Below are positions 48,095 to 57,995 of a stretch of 64,000 nucleotides of DNA, one piece after another. The position numbers and the translations under genes are program-made. Source of the DNA: a virus. How positions within the stretch are numbered: the stretch's first letter is position 1; each line of letters opens with the position of its first letter. The DNA lies in the IMG/VR virus record IMGVR_UViG_3300009130_000016, positions 18,902 through 82,901 of that record; one strand, given 5' to 3'. The notes beneath the pieces are model-generated. The model was not told the DNA's origin. It did no database searches and was given only the letters and a program-made list of their open reading frames with translations.

Positions 48095-48430
48095 ATGCAA
48101 AAATCAATCAGAAAAAAAATCGGAAAGGAAGTTCACACATTTTTAGTCGAAGGTGAAACTTTGTTCGATGTCCTTAAGGAAGCAGGGAAATTATCATTTG
48201 GTGATGTACACAAATGTGGAGTTTGTGGAGGTGACCACTTAGCGTTAGGGTGTCACACTGCTCAAGATTTTGATTACACAACAATCAAATGTCTTAACCC
48301 AAGTTGTAAAGCTTCACTTAACTTCGGTAAACAAAAGAAAGACGATTCTGTCTACTACTTAAGAACTAGAGATGAGGACGGAAAGAAAGTCTTAGACTGG
48401 AAACCATTCACTCCAAAAGACGGTCAATAA
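48095..48430 (+). CDS. Hypothetical zinc-binding protein
   Basis: CGVC...CLNPSC cysteine pairs; codon usage resembles highly expressed genes. Confidence 0.7.
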   Translation: MQKSIRKKIGKEVHTFLVEGETLFDVLKEAGKLSFGDVHKCGVCGGDHLALGCHTAQDFDYTTIKCLNPSCKASLNFGKQKKDDSVYYLRTRDEDGKKVLDWKPFTPKDGQ

Positions 48431-48500
48431 GCCGTCTTTTTGCCCTCATTTAACCACAAAAAATATTTAAAGTTTAACCAAAAAAACACATTTGTTAATT

Positions 48501-49610
48501 ATGGCAAAGAAAAAAGCGAAAGAAGAAGAAAATTTAAACCCAGAAGGTTTGAATGTTGATGAGTCAACAGGAGAAATTAAGCACATTAAGAAGAAGAAGT
48601 TTAATCTTGCTTCTTATAGAGCGAAAGCAAACATTGTTGAGGTAGAATATAAATCTCAAGAATGGATCAATATGAGTGCAGGGTTTAAGAATGTAACTAA
48701 ATTGCCTGGTTTACCAATTGGTCACTTGATCATGAATTACGGTAAATCTGATGTTGGTAAAACAACAATGCTTGTTGAAGCTGGAGCTCATGCAATTGAG
48801 CAAGGTATTGTTCCAATCTTAATTATTACTGAGAGTAAATTCTCTTGGGATAGAGCTGCAACAATGGGGTTAGACCCTGACAACTGTATCATTCACAATG
48901 GCGTTAAAACTATTGAGGAAGGTTGGGAAATTGCAAGAGATCACATGGCAGCATTGGAAGATGGTACTTTCCAAAAAGAAACAGAGTGTAGTGATGTTAT
49001 TTTCTTGTGGGATTCTATAGGAGCAACACCATCAAAAGCAGAGTTGGCTAATTCAGATCAAAACGCAGAAGCTCTTAAAAAAGTAAGAGAGTCTATGGTT
49101 GCAGGTGGTAAGCCAATAAAAGATGCTTCTAAGCATGGTGGAATGATGGTAACAGCAAAGGTTTTGAGAGAGAAATTTGCCAGGGACCTTGTTCACAAAA
49201 TTAACAGATCAAGAGAGGTAACGTGTCCTTACAATATTACGATGTTAGTTGTAAATCACGCTTATACTGCACCTCCAGCAATGCCAGGAGGCGTTAGTAC
49301 ATTAAAGCCTTACGGTGGAGATAGTATTTGGTTACCGTCTACTCTTGTGTTCAGGATGGGTGGTGTGATGAGTAATTCATCTCAAGTAACAGCAACAAAA
49401 AATGGAACAACAGTTTCTTTTGCAATTAAATCTGCACTTGTTGTTGAGAAAAACCATATTTCTGATGTATCTGCAAAAGGAAAGATTCTTTGTACTGATC
49501 ATGGGTTTATCGAGGATGACACCAAAGTAATAAATGCATACAAAGATATGTATAAAGGTGACTGGGACTTGGAATTCGACAAGTATTGGGATAACGTCTC
49601 AGACAGCTAA
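48501..49610 (+). CDS. RecA/UvsX-like recombinase
   Basis: GLP.GH...YGKSDVGKTT Walker A, ITE.KFS, FLWDSIG, PYGG; ATG at 48501. Confidence 0.85.
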   Translation: MAKKKAKEEENLNPEGLNVDESTGEIKHIKKKKFNLASYRAKANIVEVEYKSQEWINMSAGFKNVTKLPGLPIGHLIMNYGKSDVGKTTMLVEAGAHAIEQGIVPILIITESKFSWDRAATMGLDPDNCIIHNGVKTIEEGWEIARDHMAALEDGTFQKETECSDVIFLWDSIGATPSKAELANSDQNAEALKKVRESMVAGGKPIKDASKHGGMMVTAKVLREKFARDLVHKINRSREVTCPYNITMLVVNHAYTAPPAMPGGVSTLKPYGGDSIWLPSTLVFRMGGVMSNSSQVTATKNGTTVSFAIKSALVVEKNHISDVSAKGKILCTDHGFIEDDTKVINAYKDMYKGDWDLEFDKYWDNVSDS

Positions 49611-49634
49611 ATATAAGTTTTGTTATTTTTTTTG

Positions 49635-49671
49635 TTGCCTCATCCCTTAACTGGGGTGGGGCAATTTTTTT
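49635..49671 (+). terminator. Intrinsic terminator
   Basis: ttgcctcatccc-ttaact-ggggtggggcaa followed by a T run. Confidence 0.7.
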
Positions 49672-49771
49672 GACTTCTTTTTTTATACAGTTTTAAATCG
49701 TACATTTGCACTCATGGACAACAAATGTTTAAGAGGATGACGGTTGATACACATAACAAAATAATAAATTT

Positions 49772-50815
49772 ATGACTATGCGTACTTTAATATGTGACGG
49801 AAATTGGAACCTGAAAAGGAACTTTCATAGTATGAGAGTTGAAGACGCTTATAAAAATAGGTGTGGTGGTTCATACGGTTTCTTAATGAGTTTGCAGGCC
49901 ATCATGAGAAAAGTTCTTCCTGATCGAGTTATTATCATGTGGGATGGTTTTCAGTCTGGAAGGTACAGGTATGACATCTACAAGCCGTATAAGGCAGGTA
50001 GGGAAGGGAAGTGGTTAAAGGAGCGTGACGTTCTCTCAATGAGAGTTAGAAACGAGAATGATCAAAACGAATTGGATTTGTATAAGCAAAAGCTGGTTAT
50101 ACAAAATTTGATGGAAGAGTTTTCTGTTAGGCAATTAATGTATGATTATATTGAGGGTGACGATTTGATTGCTGGTTACATAAATCAAAGTGAAGAGGAA
50201 GATAGAGATGAAGAAATAATTATTTACAGCAGAGACAAAGATTTTAGACAACTCGTGTCTGATAAGGTTTCTTTGATTACTCCAGATATTAGAGTTCCTG
50301 TTACAATCGACACATTTCAAGAAAAGGTTGGCCATGTTATTGACAATGAGTTATTGTTCAAATGTTTCGAGGGAGATACTTCTGATGAGATATATGGAGT
50401 AAAAGGGGTAACAGTTAACACTTTGGAGAAATACATACCAGACATTCGAGACAGAAAATACACTTACAAAGAAATTGTTGATGAGTGTAAATTGCTCAAA
50501 GAAGAAAAGAAGTACAAGAAAAACAAGTCTCTAGATAAGATTATCAATGCTGGTGATGTTTTGTACAGAAATGCAAGGCTTATGAATTTAAAAAAGCCTT
50601 TCTTAGACGAGGAATCGGAGCAAGGTCTACGAGACATAGCTCATTTAGTTTTAGATTCAGACAGGAGCATTAAAAGAGCTGTGAAGTCACTTACAGATGA
50701 TGGGTATATAAAACTCATGAGAGAATTCAATATTAATGTAAGTGATTTCTTTGCACCTTTTCACAGAATTGCAGGTAAAGAAAAAGAATTTTCAGAAAAA
50801 AAAAGTAAAAAATGA
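49772..50815 (+). CDS. 5'-3' exonuclease/flap endonuclease (PolI N-domain or T4 RNase H-like)
   Basis: LICDGN, WDG, YKAGR, EGDDLIA, SRDKDF.QL, GD.SD.I.GVKG; TACATTTG at 49701. Confidence 0.9.
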   Translation: MTMRTLICDGNWNLKRNFHSMRVEDAYKNRCGGSYGFLMSLQAIMRKVLPDRVIIMWDGFQSGRYRYDIYKPYKAGREGKWLKERDVLSMRVRNENDQNELDLYKQKLVIQNLMEEFSVRQLMYDYIEGDDLIAGYINQSEEEDRDEEIIIYSRDKDFRQLVSDKVSLITPDIRVPVTIDTFQEKVGHVIDNELLFKCFEGDTSDEIYGVKGVTVNTLEKYIPDIRDRKYTYKEIVDECKLLKEEKKYKKNKSLDKIINAGDVLYRNARLMNLKKPFLDEESEQGLRDIAHLVLDSDRSIKRAVKSLTDDGYIKLMREFNINVSDFFAPFHRIAGKEKEFSEKKSKK

Positions 50816-50851
50816 TACGAATAAATATGAAAAATTGTTAGCTTTGTGAGT

Positions 50852-52378
50852 ATGGCGGAAGAAAAAGATGTTGGATTAAACGTTGATGTCCTAAGTAACA
50901 TTGATGAAAACAAGGTTAAAGAAATATTTGACGATGATTATCAAAACAAATTCATCAAGGTCTTCATGGAAGATGTTGAGTTCTATGATCAGGTTGCAGA
51001 TATTATTGTTCCAGATTATTTCGGGAAATACCAAAAGCAAGTTGTTAATAAGATTATAAAGTACATTAGTAAGAATAATGGAAAGCCTGATTATAACGAT
51101 TTGCAACGTCAAATTAAAAAGGATGAAAAAATTGAACAACAAAAAACTTACTTGACTCATTTGGTTGATAAAATCAGAGAGACAGAAGTTAGGAGTTCTA
51201 GTGATATAAAGGATACTGCTCTTTTCTATTTTAAGAAAAAGGGGTTAGCAAATGCTTTGTACAAAATGGCTGAAGCTTGGCATAAAGATGATTTTGATGC
51301 AATGGTAGCCCCACTTACTAAGGCTATGACCGCAGGAGAGGCGAATGACAGTGGTTTGGATTACGATGAAGACATTATGTCAACATTAACAGATGATGTT
51401 CGTAACCCTGTTGCAACAATACCAGAATTAGATGCATTAATCGGTGGTGGTTTATCTTACGGTGAACTTGGTGTTGTAATGGCACCGACTGGTGGTGGTA
51501 AGTCAATGATGTTGGTTATACTTGCTTGTTTTGCTTATTTGAACGGTAGTAACGTTGTTTACTATTCTTTAGAGTTAGGGCAAAAGTATGTTGCAAGAAG
51601 ATTTCATGCTTGTCTTAATGACATTCACCAAGCGTTCTTAAAGTTCTACCCAGATGTAATTAAAGAAAGGGCTGAAGAGGTGAAGTCGAGAGGTGGCAAA
51701 TTGATCATCAAGAAATTCAAAGGCCAAGCTAGTATTCAGAGTATTAAAGGAGATCTTGCAAAGAAGGAGAGGGATAGTAATTTCAAACCAGACATTGTAA
51801 TGATTGATTACGCTGATTTATTGAAACCAGAGGAAATTCACAAAGAACACACTCATACGCTACAGGCTCTTTACAGAGCAATTAGATACATGGGTGATGA
51901 ACTTGGATTTCCAATTTGGTCAGCAACTCAAACCAACAGGAGTGGTGCTAAAACTGAAAATGTTGGTATTGACACAATCTCTGATGCATACGCAAAAGCA
52001 GCAGAATTAGACTTACTTGTTAGTATTGGTAAGAATGATGAAGAGAAAAATGTTTCTTTTGACCCGAATAATATTGAAGATGTTGTTAAGCCTAATTCAA
52101 GGTTTGGGATGCTTAAAAACAGATTTGGTCCTGATGGGTTTTTCATGGATGCAATCCTAGATCCATCTAGAGTTTACTTTGAATTATTCGATCAGAAGAA
52201 ACAAGATAAAAAGGAGAACAAAAGAAGTTCTGCAAATAGTGTGATGGAGAATTTAGATAAAGTTAAAGTTGATGTTAAATCTTCGAGCTCTAAAAAAAGT
52301 TCAGAAGATTTTGAGAAAGAAAGGCTTGAAAATTTATCAGAAGAAGGGATAAGTGATTTAATGAAACAAATGCAGTAA
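50852..52378 (+). CDS. Replicative DnaB-like helicase (T4 gp41-like)
   Basis: GGL..GELGVVMAPTGGGKS, YYSLE, IDYADLL, WSATQTNR, KNRFGPDG; TAGCTTTG at 50839. Confidence 0.92.
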   Translation: MAEEKDVGLNVDVLSNIDENKVKEIFDDDYQNKFIKVFMEDVEFYDQVADIIVPDYFGKYQKQVVNKIIKYISKNNGKPDYNDLQRQIKKDEKIEQQKTYLTHLVDKIRETEVRSSSDIKDTALFYFKKKGLANALYKMAEAWHKDDFDAMVAPLTKAMTAGEANDSGLDYDEDIMSTLTDDVRNPVATIPELDALIGGGLSYGELGVVMAPTGGGKSMMLVILACFAYLNGSNVVYYSLELGQKYVARRFHACLNDIHQAFLKFYPDVIKERAEEVKSRGGKLIIKKFKGQASIQSIKGDLAKKERDSNFKPDIVMIDYADLLKPEEIHKEHTHTLQALYRAIRYMGDELGFPIWSATQTNRSGAKTENVGIDTISDAYAKAAELDLLVSIGKNDEEKNVSFDPNNIEDVVKPNSRFGMLKNRFGPDGFFMDAILDPSRVYFELFDQKKQDKKENKRSSANSVMENLDKVKVDVKSSSSKKSSEDFEKERLENLSEEGISDLMKQMQ

Positions 52379-52432
52379 TTTCTGCGTTAAAAAATTTAAA
52401 AAAGTTATTATTTATTATAGAATGTTTAAAAT

Positions 52433-53416
52433 ATGAGTGAGAAAGAAACAGAACCTATACTAATAGACAACCCTGACAGGTTTGTTATTTTTCCGATAAA
52501 GCATGATGATATCTGGAAAGCATACAAGAAAGCTGAGGCCAGTTTCTGGACTGCTGAGGAATTAGATCTTAGTGCCGATCCAAAGGATTGGGAAAACAAA
52601 CTTAATGACAACGAAAGGTTTTTTATTGAGAATGTATTAGCGTTTTTTGCTGCAAGTGATGGTATTGTTAATGAAAATTTGGCTATAAACTTTACGAATG
52701 AAGTACAATTTCCAGAAGCAAAGTTTTTCTATGGATTCCAAATTATGATGGAAAACATCCATTCAGAGACTTATTCTTTGTTAATTGATACATACATTAC
52801 AGACAAAGAAAAGAAAGCAAAGTTATTAAGAGCTATTGAAACAATGCCTCCTGTTAAGAAAAAAGCGGAATGGGCATTAAAATGGATTGAGAGCGAATCT
52901 TTCGTTGAGAGATTAATTTCTTTCTGTGTAGTTGAGGGAATTTTCTTTAGTGGTAGTTTCTGTGCTTTATTCTGGCTGAAAAAGAGAGGTTTAATGCCTG
53001 GGTTGACATTCTCTAATGAGCTGATCTCAAGAGATGAGGGGATGCACTGTGATTTTGCAGCTTTGTTATACAACAAGTATATCAAAAACAGATTGTCTAG
53101 AGAGAGATTGTTGGAAATCATTCTTGATGCTGTGAAAATCGAAAAAGAGTTTATTACAGAAGCATTACCAGTTAGTTTAATTGGAATGAATGATGAGTTA
53201 ATGTCTCAGTACATCGAATTTGTTGCTGATGGTTTGTTAATTGATCTAGGAGAAGAAAAGCACTTTGGAACAGAAAACCCATTTGACTTCATGGTAAATA
53301 TTGCCCTTGAAGGTAAAACGAATTTCTTTGAGAAGAGAGTTGGGGAATACCAAAAGTCTGGTATTGCAAATGAAAATATTGATGCTTTTGATTCTGATGC
53401 TGACGAGGATTTTTAA
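52433..53416 (+). CDS. nrdB: Ribonucleotide reductase class Ia beta subunit
   Basis: [55 protein letters not shown]. Confidence 0.97.
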   Translation: MSEKETEPILIDNPDRFVIFPIKHDDIWKAYKKAEASFWTAEELDLSADPKDWENKLNDNERFFIENVLAFFAASDGIVNENLAINFTNEVQFPEAKFFYGFQIMMENIHSETYSLLIDTYITDKEKKAKLLRAIETMPPVKKKAEWALKWIESESFVERLISFCVVEGIFFSGSFCALFWLKKRGLMPGLTFSNELISRDEGMHCDFAALLYNKYIKNRLSRERLLEIILDAVKIEKEFITEALPVSLIGMNDELMSQYIEFVADGLLIDLGEEKHFGTENPFDFMVNIALEGKTNFFEKRVGEYQKSGIANENIDAFDSDADEDF

Positions 53417-53433
53417 ACTTTATTAAATTACAT

Positions 53434-53471
53434 AATGCCTTTGTGCGAGATTATTGCACAAAGGCATTTTT
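53434..53471 (+). terminator. Hairpin between nrdB and nrdA-N
   Basis: aatgcctttgtgc/gcacaaaggcatt stem followed by Ts. Confidence 0.55.
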
Positions 53472-53489
53472 ATCTAAAAAACAAAATTT

Positions 53490-54677
53490 ATGAGAATTAT
53501 TAAAAGAAACGGGAAGGAAGAAAGCCTCCGACTGGAAAAAATCACTAAAAGAATTGAGTCAGCGACTTCTTCTTTATCAGGTGTTTTAGATCCAGATTTG
53601 GTTTCCCAAAAGGTTATCTCTGGTTGCTACGATGGAATTACAACAGATGAGATTGATACTTTGGCTTGTGAGACTGCTGCTCAATTAATTATTGAACACC
53701 CAGATTACTCAATGCTTGCATCAAGACTTGCAATTACTGCATTAGAAAAAGTTACTCCTAAGAGTTTCTCTAAAGTTGTGGACAATCTTTATAATTTTAT
53801 TGATCCAATGACTGGTGATCGTGCAGGTATGATTTCTGATGAAGTTTATGACATCATCATGAAAAACAAAGACAGATTGAATTCACATATTATCCACAAG
53901 AGAGATTGGAATATCGATTTCTTCGGGTTTAGAACATTGGAGAGAGCTTATTTGTTAAGAATTAACAATAAGCCTGCAGAGAGAATTCAACATATGTGGA
54001 TGCGTGTTGCAGTTGGTATCTGGGGAGAAAATATCGATAAAGCTATTGATACTTATGATTTAATGTCAGAGAAGTATGCTACTCATGCCACACCTACATT
54101 GTTTAACTCTGGTACAAAGAGACCTCAAATGAGTTCTTGTTTCCTTATTGCAATGAAAGAAGACAGTATCGAAGGTATTTATGATACTTTGAAGCAGTCA
54201 GCTTTGATTTCTCAATCGGCTGGTGGAATTGGGCTTCACATTCACAATGTGAGAGCAACAGGTTCTTATATTAAAGGAACTAATGGTTATTCTAATGGTA
54301 TTGTTCCAATGCTTAGAAACTTCGATATGACTGCTCGTTATGTAGATCAGTGTTTTGATCCAAAAACTAATGTTAAAACAGATTCTGGTCTTGTTCCAAT
54401 TTCAGAGATCAAAGAGGGAGATAAAGTTCTTACATCTGATGGTAATTACAATACTGTAAAGAATAATAAGAAATTCCCTTTTGAAGAACGTAACTTTGTT
54501 AGATTGGATACTAAGGATGGCCATAACATAGTTACTGATGAACATTTATTTTTAGTTATTAAAAATGGAAAGGGAGTAGATAGTATTAAGGAAAAGGTGA
54601 AAAATGGACAATATTCACCTGAATGGGTAAAATCTAATGAAATAACTACTAATGATTTGTTGATTAATATGAAGTAA
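53490..54677 (+). CDS. nrdA: RNR alpha N-terminal fragment (ATP cone to YVDQ) fused to an N-intein
   Basis: IIKRNG ATP cone, [35 protein letters not shown], then CFDPKT intein block A. Confidence 0.95.
   Translation: MRIIKRNGKEESLRLEKITKRIESATSSLSGVLDPDLVSQKVISGCYDGITTDEIDTLACETAAQLIIEHPDYSMLASRLAITALEKVTPKSFSKVVDNLYNFIDPMTGDRAGMISDEVYDIIMKNKDRLNSHIIHKRDWNIDFFGFRTLERAYLLRINNKPAERIQHMWMRVAVGIWGENIDKAIDTYDLMSEKYATHATPTLFNSGTKRPQMSSCFLIAMKEDSIEGIYDTLKQSALISQSAGGIGLHIHNVRATGSYIKGTNGYSNGIVPMLRNFDMTARYVDQCFDPKTNVKTDSGLVPISEIKEGDKVLTSDGNYNTVKNNKKFPFEERNFVRLDTKDGHNIVTDEHLFLVIKNGKGVDSIKEKVKNGQYSPEWVKSNEITTNDLLINMK
54351..54677 (+). mobile_element. Split intein N-half (108 aa)
   Basis: [28 protein letters not shown] block A, IVTDEHLF block B (TxxH), WV...E....D.L, then TAA. 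Confidence 0.92.
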
Positions 54678-54679
54678 GA

Positions 54680-54722
54680 ATTTTCTTCCGCCTATTTATA
54701 AAAAAACAAGGCGGAAGAAAAT
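54680..54722 (+). promoter_or_regulatory. 14-bp hairpin sequestering the endonuclease start, with TATTTATA at the loop
   Basis: attttcttccgcct (54680-54693) and aggcggaagaaaat (54709-54722) form a perfect inverted repeat that includes the AT of the ATG; TATTTATA at 54693-54700. Confidence 0.8.
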
Positions 54723-55611
54723 GAAAGACTTTTATAAAAACGATAAGTCAGGAAATAAGAAAAAGTACTCTTTTATGAGGGATAATTATCCAGGTATTAC
54801 AAATGAAATTATTAAATGGGGAGAAAGCAATGGTTTATTGCAATTGCCGTTTGATGAATTATCATATTTAAAATTTAATGGATTAAATAAAGTTCCTTCA
54901 GATGAAACAGGATTTAAGAAATTTAAGAGCTGGTCTAAAGGGTATAACAAGAACGGGTCGATAAAATCGATTGAAGATAAATTTATAAACAATAATTTGA
55001 TTGACTTCAAAAAAGGATTGACAGAAGACGATTATGAAATGCAAAAGAAAGGGGGTTATTTAACTCAGTTGATTAGCAACAATTACTTTTTGTATAATGA
55101 ATTAATGGGAATGTTTGACAAAGAAATTCCATTACGTCAGAAAGTTGATATGTTTTTGAATGATATCACAAAGGTTCCTAAATGTAAAGTGTGTGGAAAT
55201 AATGTTAAAGTGAGATTGACACATGGAGGATTTAGAGAAACATGCTCAGAAAAGTGCAGAAGAGAGTTAGAGGGGTCATATAAATCTTATTATATTGATG
55301 TTGATGGTGAAACCATCAAAGTTCAAGGTTATGAAAGGTTTGTGGTTCCTGTTTTGATTGAAAAATATGGACGAGATGATGTTTTGGTTGGTTTTGAAAT
55401 AAAACCTATAGAATATGAACTTAATGGTGAATTAAAAAAGTATTATCCTGACATATACATAAAAAGTGAAAACAAAATTGTAGAAGTTAAATCTACTTAT
55501 ACATTTGACTATGATAAGGAGAAAAACTTAGCAAAAAGAGAAGGGTGCATAAAGAGAGGTTTTGGGTTTGAATTTTACATTTGGGACAAAAAAGGAATGA
55601 AAATAAAATAG
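54721..55611 (+). CDS. Free-standing putative homing endonuclease (zinc finger plus PD-(D/E)xK domain)
   Basis: PKCKVCG...CSEKC zinc motif, then QGYE...YYPDIYI.....IVEVKS; sits between the two intein halves. Confidence 0.8.
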   Translation: MKDFYKNDKSGNKKKYSFMRDNYPGITNEIIKWGESNGLLQLPFDELSYLKFNGLNKVPSDETGFKKFKSWSKGYNKNGSIKSIEDKFINNNLIDFKKGLTEDDYEMQKKGGYLTQLISNNYFLYNELMGMFDKEIPLRQKVDMFLNDITKVPKCKVCGNNVKVRLTHGGFRETCSEKCRRELEGSYKSYYIDVDGETIKVQGYERFVVPVLIEKYGRDDVLVGFEIKPIEYELNGELKKYYPDIYIKSENKIVEVKSTYTFDYDKEKNLAKREGCIKRGFGFEFYIWDKKGMKIK

Positions 55612-55613
55612 AT

Positions 55614-55805
55614 ATGATTAACATAAAATTAGATCATCCTAACATGGATGGAGAGATAACTGAAGAGGTTGTCAAATTAGACATAGACAATGTAGAGTTT
55701 GTTGAGATAGAAAATGTCCAAAGTTTTTTAAAAACTACATCTGTTCATGATTTGGAAGTAGAAAATACACCAAACTATGTAACTGATATATCGATAGTGC
55801 ATAAT
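55614..55805 (+). mobile_element. Split intein C-half (64 aa)
   Basis: Block [14 protein letters not shown] and block G IVHN; the +1 residue is Gly (GGC). Confidence 0.9.
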
Positions 55806-57437
55806 GGCGGTGGAAAAAGAAAAGGTTCTATTGCTATTTATTTAGAGCCATGGCATGCTGACATCTTCGAATTCTTGGATTTAAAGAAAAACCACGGTAA
55901 AGAAGAAGGTAGAGCAAGAGATTTATTCTACGCACTTTGGAATTGTGATTTATTCATGAAGAGATCTAACGAGGGCGGTACTTGGACATTATTCTCACCT
56001 GATTCAGCTCCTGGTTTATCAGACTGTTACGGTGACGAGTTCGAAGCTTTATACACAAAGTATGAGGAAGAAGGTAAAGGTATTAAAACTGTTGATGCTA
56101 GAAAACTTTGGACTAAAATCATTGAATCTCAACAAGAGACAGGCACTCCGTATATGCTTTATAAGGATGCTGCAAACAAGAAGTCTAACCAAAAGAATAT
56201 TGGTGTAATTAAGTCTTCAAATCTTTGTACAGAGATCATGGAATTTTCTAATTCAGAAGAGACTGCTGTATGTAACTTAGCATCGATAGCATTGCCAATG
56301 TTTGTGTCTTCTTCTTATAAGAGAAAGCCGAAGAAAATTGATAAATCTAAATTGTTCTTTGATCACGACAAATTGTATGAAGTTGCCTACAAGATGACTG
56401 AAAACTTAAATCAAGTTATCGACAGAAACTTCTATCCAACACCAGAGACTAAAAACTCTAACATGAAGCATAGGCCAATTGGTTTAGGTGTTCAAGGCTT
56501 AGCTGATGCGTTTGCTGTTTTAGGATTACCTTTTGATTCTCCAGAGGCAAAACAATTAAACAAGGATATATTCGAAACTATCTATTTCGCAGCTGTAACG
56601 GCTTCTGCTGACTTAGCTGAGAGAGATGGTGCCTATTCTTCATTTGAAGGTTCTCCAATGTCAGAAGGTATTTTCCAATTCGACATGTGGGAAGATAGAA
56701 AAGTTGAGAAGAATAAAGAAACAAAAGAATGGGAGATCACAGAGAGAAAGCCAGTTGAATTATCTGGAAGATGGGATTGGGATTCTTTAAAAGAGAAAGT
56801 TAAGAAAACAGGAGTTAGAAACTCATTGTTGCTTGCACCGATGCCAACAGCTTCTACTTCTCAAATTTTAGGAAACAATGAATGTTTCGAACCGTTCACT
56901 TCAAACATGTATTTGAGAAGAGTATTGTCTGGAGAGTTCCCCGTAATCAACAAACACTTGGTTAATGACTTAGTTGAGTTGGATTTGTGGGATAAGGAAA
57001 TGAGTAAGAAGATTATTTCTGAAAACGGATCTGTTCAAAACATTCCAGATATTCCTACTGATATCAAAGAAAGATACAAGACAGTTTGGGAAATGTCAAT
57101 GAAAACAATTATTGATATGGCTGCAGACAGAGGGTACTTCATTGATCAGTCACAGTCTATGAACTTATTCATCAGAGATGTAAATGCTGCTAAATTAACA
57201 GGAGCTCACTTCTACGGATGGTTAAAAGGTCTTAAGACAGGAATGTACTATTTGAGATCAAATGCTGCTCAAGCTGCCAAAGCAAGTCTTGGAGGTATAA
57301 GTAAGAAGGGGGAAGTGGTTGAAGAAGAAAAGCTTTTTAATGGTAAACGTCTTGAAGACATGACTATTGCAGAGAAACGTCAGTATCAACTAGACAACCC
57401 ATCAGATGAGGAAGGTTGTCTTGCATGCGGATCCTAG
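55614..57437 (+). CDS. nrdA: C-intein fused to the RNR alpha C-terminal fragment
   Basis: ATG at 55614; VHDLEV....NYV...IVHN then [52 protein letters not shown]-terminal CLAC. Confidence 0.95.
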   Translation: MINIKLDHPNMDGEITEEVVKLDIDNVEFVEIENVQSFLKTTSVHDLEVENTPNYVTDISIVHNGGGKRKGSIAIYLEPWHADIFEFLDLKKNHGKEEGRARDLFYALWNCDLFMKRSNEGGTWTLFSPDSAPGLSDCYGDEFEALYTKYEEEGKGIKTVDARKLWTKIIESQQETGTPYMLYKDAANKKSNQKNIGVIKSSNLCTEIMEFSNSEETAVCNLASIALPMFVSSSYKRKPKKIDKSKLFFDHDKLYEVAYKMTENLNQVIDRNFYPTPETKNSNMKHRPIGLGVQGLADAFAVLGLPFDSPEAKQLNKDIFETIYFAAVTASADLAERDGAYSSFEGSPMSEGIFQFDMWEDRKVEKNKETKEWEITERKPVELSGRWDWDSLKEKVKKTGVRNSLLLAPMPTASTSQILGNNECFEPFTSNMYLRRVLSGEFPVINKHLVNDLVELDLWDKEMSKKIISENGSVQNIPDIPTDIKERYKTVWEMSMKTIIDMAADRGYFIDQSQSMNLFIRDVNAAKLTGAHFYGWLKGLKTGMYYLRSNAAQAAKASLGGISKKGEVVEEEKLFNGKRLEDMTIAEKRQYQLDNPSDEEGCLACGS

Positions 57438-57556
57438 CTTGTTAGGGTAACTGCTTAATCTATTAAGGTTATTTTGAAAATTCCATGCTATTTATGATTG
57501 TAACAAATCATGGGTAGTGTGGTTTTTTGCGTTTATATATTTAAAACTAATTAATT

Positions 57557-57901
57557 ATGAAAAAAAGAAGAGTATATTTTACAACTCTACCGTTTAAGTT
57601 TAGGTTTTTGTTTAAAAAATTCTTAAAACACTTATTTCATGGTTCGGAAATAATGTCAAAAGAAGCCTTAAATGAGGCAGTTGAGATAGTCGTTCAATCG
57701 GATCCTGAATCATGGGATGGGCCAGTTTTTAAAGATTTCACTTTACTAGATTTTTTGGAAAAAGGGAGAATACACATGGCTTCTGTTTATTGTGCACCTA
57801 TTTTATCTGACAGTAGTTTTACTGATAAGCTTGTTGCATACTATGAAGGCCTAGGTGATGCAGAAGATATTGCCACCATAAACGAGCAGTTAAATAAGTG
57901 A
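57557..57901 (+). CDS. Hypothetical protein
   Basis: 114-aa ORF followed by a terminator. Confidence 0.55.
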   Translation: MKKRRVYFTTLPFKFRFLFKKFLKHLFHGSEIMSKEALNEAVEIVVQSDPESWDGPVFKDFTLLDFLEKGRIHMASVYCAPILSDSSFTDKLVAYYEGLGDAEDIATINEQLNK

Positions 57902-57932
57902 TTTTTAAACCATGTATACACAATGTTTAAAT

Positions 57933-57963
57933 GAGCCAACTAGAAATAGTTGGCTTTTTTTTT
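57933..57963 (+). terminator. Intrinsic terminator
   Basis: agccaacta-gaaa-tagttggct followed by a T run. Confidence 0.8.
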
Positions 57964-57995
57964 GATATTATAAAAATTTTTTAATAAGTTTTTTC

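Noticed and set aside
54678-55613. Group I intron or sequencing frameshift as the explanation for the interrupted nrdA
   Set aside because: Both flanks carry clear intein blocks, the insert is almost entirely one ORF with only 43 nt and 2 nt of spacer (no room for a ribozyme core), and each fragment has its own stop or start.
55581-55613. TTG start for nrdA-C given in the ORF track
   Set aside because: It overlaps the endonuclease gene; the in-frame ATG at 55614, 2 nt after the TAG, is more plausible.
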